From positions 496,001 to 560,000 of the forward strand of contig NW_027271231.1 in assembly GCF_040938485.1 (NCBI RefSeq): a stretch of DNA of 64,000 nucleotides. Reading direction: 5' to 3'. The stretch's first letter is position 1. The number at the start of each line of letters is the position of its first letter. Position numbers and translations under genes: made by a program. Shown in pieces: positions 54,016-64,000 of this stretch. Below the pieces are notes generated by a model. It ran no database searches and was not told the DNA's origin. It saw nothing but the letters and a program-made list of their open reading frames with translations. The DNA comes from Diadema antillarum. Its lineage: Eukaryota.

Positions 54016-54988
54016 AGATAGATGAATATACAGATATATAGATATAAAGAGAGAGAGAGGGGGACGTTTGTGATGAGAAGCGGGATATGTTGATCTTTCG
54101 GGTACTTACAAGAAAGTCAGTATGATGGCATACAGATAAGCGCCGTTTTTAAACATTTAAAGTAAGTTCAACATCAGATAGAGCAAAGTAAAACTTTTCC
54201 ATTAACGTATTGTATCATCGGTTGCCAAAGGGTCAAGCCTATAGCTTATTATTGGCAACCGTTCTGTATGGTAATTCATAACATATGTACTGTTATGATG
54301 TCACAAATGTACATTATATGTGTAATGAAAATTTTTCAAATTGTAGAAACTAGCTGTAGTGAGTATCATATTTGTATATATTATGTTTGATTACTAGTAT
54401 ATTGCTAAAAATGTAAATGATTCCATACAGAGTATAAATAAATCAAAGCAAATTAAATCATTGATACCTCACCTGGTGCAAAACAAAATCGCCTTTCCAT
54501 TATTGTCTCATTTTCTTCGTTTTTAGCAGGTTTAATCGCAAATATCTCAAATTTATGAAACTGGAATTAACTCCTTCTTGGGATCTAATTCTTCATTTAC
54601 TCTGACTGGGACGTGATTGTTAACTATGCAGAGAATTGAATAGGCCTTCTGATAATTGATTTTTATATCTGCCATTTCTCCTCCTGTGATCGCTTCCGGA
54701 CAGCCTATAAGCCAAACAAACAGGAACTACAGACAGAAAATGAACAGCAGCACACATACAAAAAGTCAATCATCCGCCATGAATATTTTATACTTACAAT
54801 TTTATGAGTGCACTTTTTTTAGTTATGTATCTTAGTGCATCAAATACGAAAAGAACACAGCTGAGCTTGTCTGATTACAACCCCCCCCCCCATAAAAAAA
54901 AAGAAACTAAGTTGTAACAAGAAGACGGTCTGTTGGGGGAGAATATATAGGAAAAGGATTTTATCTCTTTTTTTTTAACTTGCCGACG

Positions 54989-55113
54989 ACTGCAGAAGCG
55001 CTGTATATCGAAGTGAAGTCAACAGAAGCTGGCAGACATTAATGTGGCTAATAGTAACTGCAGAGGCGCTGTTTATCGAAATGAAGTCAATAGTAGCTGG
55101 CAAACATAATGTG
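54989..55113. repeat. Tandem duplication, 68-bp period, 2 copies
   Basis: ACTGCAGAAGCGCTGTATATCGAAGTGAAGTCAACAGAAGCTGGCAGACAT at 54989 and ACTGCAGAGGCGCTGTTTATCGAAATGAAGTCAATAGTAGCTGGCAAACAT at 55057. Confidence 0.85.
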
Positions 55114-55804
55114 ATGACACATAATAATGAACGTCAAGAAGTGATTGAGTGGTGTCATTATTGGCGGGCTGAGGGAGGAAACGAATGACAAAAGCTGTGG
55201 ACCCGAAATCCTATTAGCATGCCCTGCATATTCCACATTCTTCGTCATCTCTGTTAACAAAAAATGTTAATGTGCAATTCATGTTAGTTCATGATTAGTT
55301 CTCTGCATGGCAATCATGTGTGCGTGCATGTGTCTATGTGTGCGTGTGTGAATTTGTGTGCGTATCCGTGTCGGAGGAAAAAAAAAACAAACACAGGCTG
55401 TCAGTAAGTTGTCAAAGTAGGATGCTATCGCGCATCAAGGCCCGTTGTGGAAATAGTATAGCGCCCTCTACAAGAAGTTTAGCACCGATGAGCGAATGGG
55501 GTTCACGGTTAATGAATTCAGGGAACACTTTTCCAAACTACAGCTCCGTTACATTCTGTTTCGTGAAGTAGTGATCGTCTTTTAGATAGTAAGAATGTAA
55601 GAAATAAGAAAACAATGTTTGCGACAAAACAATATCTTTATCTCATGCAAGCTTGGCTATGTTTTGTTGTTGTTTGTTTTTGACAAAGTGCACTAGCCAT
55701 ATTCCAGTGTCATGTAGCTGTGATTCGAAATCATTGCTTGTTTGTGACAACATCTTGACGTAATTCTTGATTTCTATGTTTGTCTGTGTTTCTCGTCCGT
55801 GCAG

Positions 55805-56025
55805 CGAGCAATGAGTTCATGGATAGAGTGAAGGAGGAGCAGCAGCGCGCCCGTTGCCAGCCGCGTGATCAGGTGGTGGACGCCTACGAGGAGCTGGGCA
55901 TCCCGCGCGGCTACAACCAGTTCATCTACCCGGAGTGTATCGTGGTGCGGCGGTGCAAGCAGGGCGGCTGCTGCCGGGATGACCAGGAGTGCGAGTCCTC
56001 GAGGAGAACCAATATCACGATGAAC
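55805..56025 (+). CDS. vegf: VEGF exon 3 (N-terminal part of PDGF/VEGF cystine knot: CQPR...PECIVVRRCKQGGCC...EC)
   Basis: Acceptor tgtttctcgtccgtgcag|, donor AAC|GTAAGC, 221 nt, phase 1 to 0. Contains the PDGF/VEGF signature P-x-C-I/V-x-x-x-R-C...G-C-C with cysteines 1-6, an NIT sequon and strong codon bias. Confidence 0.96.
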
Positions 56026-56329
56026 GTAAGCATCCTTTTAATTTACAGAGTCACTCACCAGGCTTGCCGATTATATCCTCTCCTCTATATCCGGTCCTCC
56101 CTTCGTTTTAATTTCATCTTGTAACTCAATTGTCCGATCCCTGTATACGCAATACATCAAGTTGAAGCAACAATGTCGTCAGCTCGCATCCAATTTTATC
56201 GCTTTACTCCTTGAGCAGCTGTACTCATGTCCAGATTCTTCTCCTTTTAAACATTCTTTCTTGGAACCTGTTTCTTACCCCATGCAATGGTTCATTTGGT
56301 CGACTCGAGCATTATTCGACCGTTGTTAA

Positions 56330-56401
56330 CCCGTTCCATACGGGAACCTGGTGGCCTGTGTATTAAGTCTATGGGGAATCCAGAATTCAGTATGGAACGG
56401 G
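56330..56401. mobile_element. 72-bp piggyBac-type MITE in intron 3
   Basis: TTAA|CCCGTTCCATAC ... GTATGGAACGGG|TTAA: perfect 12-bp TIRs and intact TTAA TSD. Confidence 0.8.
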
Positions 56402-56830
56402 TTAATTTTTCACTGTTACGTCAGTTGAAACAAAACCTTTAAACTAGAATCACCGAATGTAATATCAATCGTAATTGCTATTTGAGTTTTTGCTATGGCA
56501 ACAGTGGGAAATTTAATGACCAGATCCGTCTTTGCTTCGCATATTGATTAAAAGTTAGAATTGATTTGAAGTATAATGATTGTTGCCAATATCATCACCA
56601 CTTAAGTAAGGCACGACGCAAATTCCGAAAGTAAAGGATGTGGAGTATGAAAAACCACTTTGTGATGGGCACAGTGACATGCTTGGCCGCTTGACACCAG
56701 CAGTGACTCGTTCTCTAACAAAGAACGTAATGTTAACTGACGAACTAACCACCTTTGATTCCCAGATTCCCCTGAAGCTAATCTTCTCGAATTTCTCTTT
56801 GGTCCACTATATCCTCGCCAACCTTAACAG

Positions 56831-57108
56831 TTCTTCATCAACGCCGTGGAGATCACGCGCGACATCGAGCACGACACCGAGTGCGAGTGCCAGGACAAGC
56901 CGTCCTTCTGTCCGCCGCCAGTGATGGACTGTCCCGACACCAAGGTCTGGTCCTACAGCGAGTGCACGTGCAAGTGCCGCAACCCGTGCCCGAAGCCCTT
57001 CTTGCAGGACGAGGACTCGTGCGCCTGCGACTGCCTGACCAAGGACCGCAACTGCAAGAACATCTACCGGGGCCGGCGGGGCCAGAAGCTCTCTCGGGAA
57101 CAGTGCGA
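56831..57108 (+). CDS. vegf: VEGF exon 4 (end of cystine knot HDTECEC plus Cys-rich CXCXC tail)
   Basis: Acceptor ccaaccttaacag|, donor CGA|GTAAGT, 278 nt, phase 0 to 2. Encodes FFINAVEITRDIEHDTECECQDK...ECTCKC...SCACDC..., matching knot cysteines 7-8 and Balbiani-ring-3/VEGF-C-type repeats. Confidence 0.96.
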
Positions 57109-57653
57109 GTAAGTAGGCCAACACCACCGGAGGGCTTTCTGGAATTTTAAAATATAGCAAAAAGAATGAGTGCATAATACCTTAAAAACAACAACAAACA
57201 AACAAACAAGCAAACAAACAAAGACATTGATTGCGATGGTTTTCTTTTGTATCGCTGCTGTCTAATTATCATTGCGTCTGTTGAGAATGAGAAGGGCGTT
57301 AAGTTGTCTCGAACACTATGGGTTTAGTGGCAACTTAACGCCCTTATCATTCTCAACCGACGATTGTTTTCTTTGTCATGTTGGCTTTAAAAGTGCTTAT
57401 TATCATTTTGGTATCATTATTATTTAGTTTGAATAACAATGCAATCTATATGATTAGTTTCTACTATTATCACTGATAATTGCCTGCATCGTAAGTTGTA
57501 TTGCCAATATACTTAAATTTTGATTAACATGCAAGTAACGTAACTATAATGTATATTCAATTGAGTTTGGAATAGTCTTTAGGCGTTTTCCTTATGTCAC
57601 TTAATGTTGTCAGAACTCTTCCGCAAAATTAAATTTCCCCTACACATTTTTCT

Positions 57654-57690
57654 TTGGAATAACGAACCTTCCGAATAACGAACATCACCC
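57654..57690. mobile_element. Terminal fragment of the 19553-20040 MITE family
   Basis: TTGGAATAACGAACCTTCCGAATAACGAACATCACCC matches the right-end repeats of the 19553-20040 element. Confidence 0.6.
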
Positions 57691-57716
57691 ATTTTGTTCT
57701 CCCGTCTTTACCACAG

Positions 57717-57807
57717 TTGCGTCAAAAAGGGTCTGTGCGCCGTGCCTCCGTGCAGCCATTCTACGTTCTCAATACAACACTGTAGGTGTAGTAACTCGTC
57801 AAGCTGA
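57717..57807 (+). CDS. vegf: VEGF exon 5, terminal coding exon (DCVKKGLCAVPPCSHSTFSIQHCRCSNSSS*)
   Basis: Acceptor ttttgttctcccgtctttaccacag|, phase 2 completes the GAT codon. Continues the Cys pattern CxCV...C..P.C...F....C.C; TGA at 57805-57807. Confidence 0.9.
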
Positions 57808-58760
57808 GAGGGACGGTCCTCTCCCGGGACGATCTTCGACGCTCATCACTCATGTTGCTCGTTCGTTGCACCGCTCGTGAAATCTTTGATTTTGGCGCGG
57901 AACGCGGACTTAGTTTATGTCGATGTTGTTGTTTTTTTGTCTACAAACCAGTAGAAATTACAGACTGTATTCTGATCAACAGACGCCTTTTTACACCTTA
58001 TCATCCTTGCCGTGGTTTTGAATTGCGAGAGGGATTGGTCTTCCCGTCCCTTTCCAAAAGATGAGATCACTTTATCTGTCTAACATGGATTGAACCGAAC
58101 ATTCCTTCGTGCTTCGAACTTAAGGCGAACTTACTTCCTATAACGTGCGGAGACCATGCTGCCCTACTTCGCAAGTTCGCACATTTGAAAGATTCACTGG
58201 TTCTGGACGTAAGTGGGCGCACTACCTGGATATTCGCAGTCAGATGCCTATATTTAAAGCCACTGGGCCATAGGGCCCACGACCTGCAAATCTGGGAGGC
58301 ATTTATCGTGGAATGGGACACGTCACCCGCCAAGGCGCTGTACTCGAATCCGGATCCCGCATGATACTAGTATTTGTTCATGTCTTTACAATGTTTAACC
58401 TTGTTCTTCCTGACCATGTATTTTACGGAGTTATATCTTTATTTTTTTGTTTCTCCTGCTGACTCTACATGATATGTTAATCCACATGAAACTTTGTGTA
58501 CGAAGAGGAAGTGTACAGGCGCGGAATAATCATAAACTTTGAATGTCATAAATGTATTCAGTGTCATGAGTTGTTTGCTGCCGTGTATCGAAAAGTCAAA
58601 ATACTAGAACTGGTGCATGTAATATTTCACATTATGAAAAAGGAATGATGTATATATTTATGTAAATGTATCTATTATCGATAAATATACTATTTAATCA
58701 TTGTCTTAAATGCCCGTTTGAGCATATAGCTTTACATTTACGATATGTAGATGATGCGAA
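57808..58760 (+). other. Proximal 3' UTR of VEGF with AU-rich segment (3' end not defined)
   Basis: Follows the stop codon; AU-rich block with ATTTA at 58656, 58692 and 58736. I found no AATAAA until ~60383, so the UTR may be longer. Confidence 0.5.
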
Positions 58761-59287
58761 GTCAGTATTTCTACAGATTATACCGCGTAGCCACGTATTA
58801 ATAATAGTCTAGGAGAGCGAGGAAGATATTGAAAAAAAAAGAAAGTTAGGCGTATTTATGATTATATAGCTTGGGCTAAAAACCGATGTAGGCAAATTTC
58901 GTTCTTCCATGTTTCGTTTTGTCGAAAGCCGACTCCCGAATACCTCAGCTCTGATGAAAATTGTAACCGTTTTTGTGTTTATTAGACGAAATGCACTGTT
59001 GAGACCCTCCATTGCCAGCCATTGTTACAATGTCTGTTGAGGGAATTCGAATGCTGAAACAATCACTGCTGCTAACATTATTGCTTCCACAAACCAATAC
59101 TTAATGTTATTTTCTATGCTCATAGCATTACCACTTCTGCTGTCTGATCTTATCACTAACTCTGCTTCTGCTACAACGAATACTACAACTATCCTTATCA
59201 ATTTGCTTATTCAGGGCATCGTTACTACTATACTATTATATACTGTAACGACTGCTGCAACTACTAATTCTTCATCTTTGGTCAATA

Positions 59288-59604
59288 TTAGGGAGCTTTA
59301 GATTTGCGACGCTGACGTTTAGACGAAGATTGCGTTGGCCGTTCTCTTCTTCTCCCCGTGTTGCAAACTAGCTTTCGATTTCGCGGAGACGCAACCTATA
59401 CAAAGTAAATTGGCGCCCCATTTGATCCGTGCATGAAGTAGCTCTCTGCGTCGTGAATTGATCGGACGCAAAAATGGCCCAGAACCGACCGTGAAAACTC
59501 TGACGACGCGAGGTTGATTTTGATAAGCAAATTTGCCCGTGCTGAGAACAGTCCTGTTTTTTCCTCTTTGAACGTCCGCGTCGTGCAAATCTAAAGCTCC
59601 CTAA
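59288..59604. mobile_element. ~317-bp MITE downstream of the stop codon
   Basis: Inverted ends TTAGGGAGCTTTAGATTTGC / GCAAATCTAAAGCTCCCTAA in an AT/TA flanking context. Confidence 0.7.
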
Positions 59605-61787
59605 TATCACAACCTTTAAAATAGCTCCATGTTACAATCGTTTACTAGTCTCCATTTTGATAGCAATACACATCCCGTGTGCGGATGAGAGGGGGAAAAA
59701 TCGTGACAGAAAAAAAAAACACTTTTTTTCATAACATCGCTATAACAATATTGTTATCATTACCATTAAAAGTGAATATTTACAGTAGAGGTGGTGCTAT
59801 TGAGGTTTCCCCGGAAAACCAAAGTTTGCAAAGAGTATATAGTTTCATCCGGAAGACAGTAGAAAGGAAAATGAGAGTGAGCATGAAAATGAAGAGAAGA
59901 GGAAAATGCTTTTTGAAAGAATATCTAAGAAATGGAAATTCATGTTGTCTTAGAACTCCACGAAATCAACAATTCGCACACACACACACACACAGATATA
60001 TACAAAGAAAATAATTTGCCATCAGGACATATATACAAGATAACGCAACGACAAAAAAAAAACAACAAACAAACAGGCAAGGCCTTAAGACAGAATCACA
60101 GACAGACAACTCCGGTAAGACGGACCAATCAGTGACAAAGTCTTGAAGAGAGAAAGGGGAGGTGACATTTACACAAAAAGATCGGCGCTCGTATGTACGA
60201 TCGTCCCTTCTAAGCCGTCTTCTTAGCAAGTTCGTTTGCTGTTCTGTGGTCTTCGGAGGTAAATCTCTCACGCTCCCTTGCTCACCGCTTTGGTTCGAAA
60301 GATCTTCCAATACCTTGTTGCTTCCAAGAATTTTAAGCAAATTAAAGCAACATCGGTCAGTTGCGTAAAAAAAAAAAGGAAAATAAAATCACGAGAATAT
60401 CAATCAAGTCTCTTAATGACAAGTACATGGTTCTCTTTCAATGCGAAATTGTATTCTGTTTTTCGTTTTGTATTATGTATACAAAAAAAGCGAGAAAAGG
60501 ATTACATGGCGAATCAATATGGCAAATAGATGTTATCAAATTCATTGCGGCTTGGTTTACTTGGAGTTGTATATATAAATATTATATATACACACACATA
60601 TATATTATGTAAGTATGAATATAGTCGTGTATATTATGGGACTATTTATGTCAGTTGTCATCATATCAAATTCATTCTGCGCCTGTATCATGTAATGTTC
60701 AATACGTAATCTCCAGCCCGGGAGAAATTTTCCTCTCCCCCCCCCCCCCCCCACGATCTGTTGTATTCATTGTGTATTCATATCCATTATTTATATGAGT
60801 CTCTCTCTACTATCATAGCTGCCCCTTATAGGAAGTATTGTTGGTGCTGCTGCGTGAGGATGTATGAACTCATTATCTGTTGTTGAGCCCCAAGTTAGAA
60901 AAGGCTATTTTCTTGTAGCGGTATACGAAATAATGCCAAGTTTTAATTGTCCATTTAATCTTGACGGTATTCAAGTGAGCATTGCAGGTCAGCTATATGG
61001 CTGCCAGCAACCATAACATGGGTATAAGACGGTAACATTGTACTCTCGTATATATTTATATCAGTGTTTTCTGTGTATCGTTCTGATGGACTGAACAAAT
61101 TGCTCAATCGACTATCATAATGGCGGTGACGAATTGGAATGGGAAATCCAAAAAAATGAATGATAATATTTATCAATCAAACGATCATTGTTCTGAGATA
61201 TTAAATGCCCGACGCAGCTCTCCCATGCACTGCTCTTTATATACGGGAAGTGTTGATCATATTCTAAACAATATTTAGAAACATAGTCCTGTGTTTATTT
61301 GTGTGTTTATAATTATTTTTTTACCAGAATTGACTGGTCATATTTGACCTTAAAACTACTGCAAATATCAACATGAGATTGAGTAATTGTGATACCTTAC
61401 ATAAATTTACATGCCAGGTGTGATTTCCTGCATGTTCTTGTCAGCATATTATATTTATGAACTAACGTCAATTATCGTGGAGAAATAGGTGGTAGGTGTA
61501 TTTCCATTCCAATGAAATTATGTTATAGGAGCGACGTCATGACCATGTATTAGTCCTATTANNNNNNNNNNNNNNNNNNNNNNNNNNNNNNNNNNNNNNN
61601 NNNNNNNNNNNNNNNNNNNNNNNNNNNNNNNNNNNNNNNNNNNNNNNNNNNNNNNNNNNNNNNNNNNNNNNNNNNNNNNNNNNNNNNNNNNCACAACATG
61701 GCGGGCGGTGCAAGAACAGTAAATCTATTGACATCAAATCTTGCACATTAATAGACGTAGCTGGTGTTGGGTAGCACCCCTTTAATC

Positions 61788-61822
61788 ATCGAGCTTTCGG
61801 GCGAAAAGCCCTTCTTCAGGAT
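61788..61822 (-). ncRNA. Second copy of the minimal hammerhead ribozyme, opposite strand
   Basis: Mirror copy in the left arm of the palindrome; differs from the + copy only in the stem II loop (TTTTC vs TATTC). Confidence 0.7.
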
Positions 61823-62030
61823 CTATACAGTCAATGACAACAACGTATAAATAAAATCAACCTAGGTATAAAATCATACTAAACTCAACTAGCCTCATAT
61901 ACTATACATTTCAAAATATGTTTTATGTTGAGTATATTTTGAAATGTATAGTATATGAGGCTAGTTGAGTTTAGTATGATTTTATACCTAGGTTGATTTT
62001 ATTTATACGTTGTTGTCATTGACTGTATAG

Positions 62031-62065
62031 ATCCTGAAGAAGGGCTATTCGCCCGAAAGCTCGAT
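62031..62065 (+). ncRNA. Minimal type-I hammerhead ribozyme of the Penelope-associated, dimer-forming kind
   Basis: ATC-CTGAAGA-A-GGGC(TATTC)GCCC-GAA-AGCT-C-GAT: core CUGANGA, 4-bp stem II, GAAA, palindromic AGCU in place of stem III, UC cleavage motif (after C62062) and 3-bp stem I (ATC/GAT). Confidence 0.72.
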
Positions 62066-62122
62066 GATTAAAGGGGTGCTACCCAACACCAGCCACGTCT
62101 ATTAATGTGCAAGATTTGATGT

Positions 62123-62186
<64 letters not shown>

Positions 62187-62376
62187 TCATATATATATGT
62201 TTATACGGATTATAAAAAAATAACGACACATACACACACGCATAACTTATTAATTCGCAAATCTTAACTGACGGTCGTTCCTTTGCCTACTATAAAATTT
62301 ATCGTACCCTCTCCTGTCGCAATTCTACAAATTTTGCTCTTTTTTTTCTCTCTCTCTATCATTCTCTCTTTTTCTG

Positions 62377-62431
<55 letters not shown>

Positions 62432-64000
62432 CTCTTTTCAAGATAGAATGAGGGATCTTGCCAGAGCGGCCATAATGTCTCGTTCTTTGAGTACACTGTT
62501 TACATCCAGTCGTTTAACTTTGACAGCTTATTCTCTTTTCACGAGTCCTTGTCATTGTACTTCACCTAGAACGATGTAGAAGGTGCCTGGTTGCATTTCG
62601 GGGGTGGGGGGGGGGGGGGAGCAGGAGGAGGGAATGGTACAATGCTCGTACACACTTTGCTAGTTGTTTTTGTTTCATTTAACAGCAACTTGGCTGTTTG
62701 CCAACTACTATCACAGACTGGTATTTCAAAAGTTTATCAAATCATGACATGTTCAAGTAGTGATGGGCGGACTTTCCCCAAAAAAATTATCAGGTTGCAA
62801 GAAACCAGGTACCACGACGTTGTCAACATCGACCAAAGCCCTGGTGTTGCTTTGCATTGCCGTCTGTATTTAAAATGTATCGCTATATTAGCCTTTGTTA
62901 ATTTTTTTTTCAGTCGCCTGTAAAGATGACGTCAAAGAATCGAGTATCATGTAGATAAGCGGTACAGGAAGAAATTGCCTTATAATGCCAAGAAATCGAC
63001 GATGATTTATTCTGGATCAATTTTAGACGATTTTTTTTTTAAATCTAAATAAAGTTCCGTAATCAAAATCTTACCACGATAAGTATAGTGGCTGGTGAGG
63101 GACTTCTATCAATGACGTGGCGACATTATAGTAATGCGAGAGGTTCGATGATCTAAAAAAGGAAGCTTTTCAAGTGTGATTCATCGGAAATACGGCATGC
63201 TTGTTTGTCTAACTTTGTTATCAAGATGAACGTATTGGCATTATACCATTTGATGTTATGGCTTATCAGTACTGTACGTTGTAATGCGATTTCAAATTCG
63301 CTTTTTTATTGTATCGCCACATATATTGTCATTACTACGGTGGAGTGTTGTGTTGGTATGACATTGTACTTAATTCAAAATTCAAGTCCAACCATTCTTC
63401 TATTTATCAACTTGATATAGCCACGTTGATAGCGAGTTATTCAATCGTCAGAATATCAATATAATGACTAGCATAGTAAATAGATATATCACATCTATGC
63501 CATTGTCATTCACTCCTCTTGAAATCATACTTACCAATCTATAGTTTCCTATTTCACCCCTTTCTCAACATTTCGTCGTGTTTATTTGTAATCCCGTCAT
63601 GCATTGCATTAAAGACAATAAAATACAGTACAGCGGTACGCTTCGTGGTGAAAGAATCACTCTAGACTATGAGTCGGGTTTTCTTTTTCCACCATGAGTT
63701 AGGAGCCTATACAGATATTGAACGCAAAGTCGATCACATATAAAAAAAACAAGAGAGACAGACATACTGAATGAGTGTTTGTGTGTGTGTGTGTGTGTGT
63801 GTGTTTATCAGAGCTTGTGACATGTGTTCATTTTCCTTTGCTGTGTTTTGATAAGCTTAAGTGAAAAATTGATTTAAAAAGACACATTCAACTACAATGT
63901 ACTATAAATTAGGCCTAGATTAAAAAAAAATCATCACAACAAATACCTACAATATTTACAAAATCATTTCATTATCTTACTCTATACTATGCGCTATACA

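Larger units (their letters stand above)
61726..62127. mobile_element. Penelope-like element remnant: inverted pseudo-LTR pair (194-bp arms, 14-nt spacer) abutting a (TA)n tract
   Basis: 61726-61919 is the reverse complement of 61934-62127 with 2 mismatches. Each arm carries a hammerhead core. Inverted pLTR pairs and hammerheads are established features of PLE insertions. No RT/GIY-YIG ORF is visible. Confidence 0.65.

Noticed and set aside
56605-56625. miR-124-like sequence (TAAGGCACG)
   Set aside because: Match stops after 9 nt and no precursor hairpin is evident.
56807-57175. 122-aa minus-strand ORF opposite exon 4
   Set aside because: Antisense shadow expected from ~95% GC3; no independent start, splice or homology signal.
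57808-57954. Stop-codon read-through extension (48 open codons, VEGF-Ax-like)
   Set aside because: Stop context TGA-G is not the leaky TGA-C(TAG) type, and 48 open codons are unremarkable.
59966-60340. 124-aa minus-strand ORF as an exon of a neighbouring gene
   Set aside because: No recognisable domain, no convincing splice sites or codon bias, and it ends in a (GT)n repeat.

Overview
Eukaryotic (invertebrate, probably echinoderm/sea-urchin-like; inferred, not proven) scaffold window with three sized N-gaps. It holds one protein-coding gene that I can support: a + strand, 5-coding-exon PDGF/VEGF-family growth factor gene. Exons are 8852-8956, 45847-46030, 55805-56025, 56831-57108 and 57717-57807. 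All introns are GT-AG, the phases 0,1,0,2 join in frame, and the CDS is 879 nt (292 aa). The product has a signal peptide, a VEGF-C/D-like propeptide, an 8-Cys cystine knot and a CXCXC-rich tail. Intron 1 is ~36.9 kb and intron 2 ~9.8 kb. The rest is intron/intergenic DNA with microsatellites, a 5'-truncated L2/CR1-type LINE, a tRNA-derived SINE and many non-autonomous DNA transposons (EnSpm-, MULE/Merlin-, Kolobok-, piggyBac-like). Best leads: (1) a 194-bp-arm palindrome 4 kb past the stop codon that carries Penelope-type minimal hammerhead ribozymes on both strands; (2) an ATG-initiated in-frame 131-aa N-terminal extension of the VEGF, interleaved with four out-of-frame uORFs, which recalls mammalian L-VEGF; (3) a consensus cryptic donor inside exon 2 that leads to a premature stop; (4) an excess of perfect CRE palindromes; (5) sharply different GC3 between exons. 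Almost all other ORFs in the supplied track look spurious.
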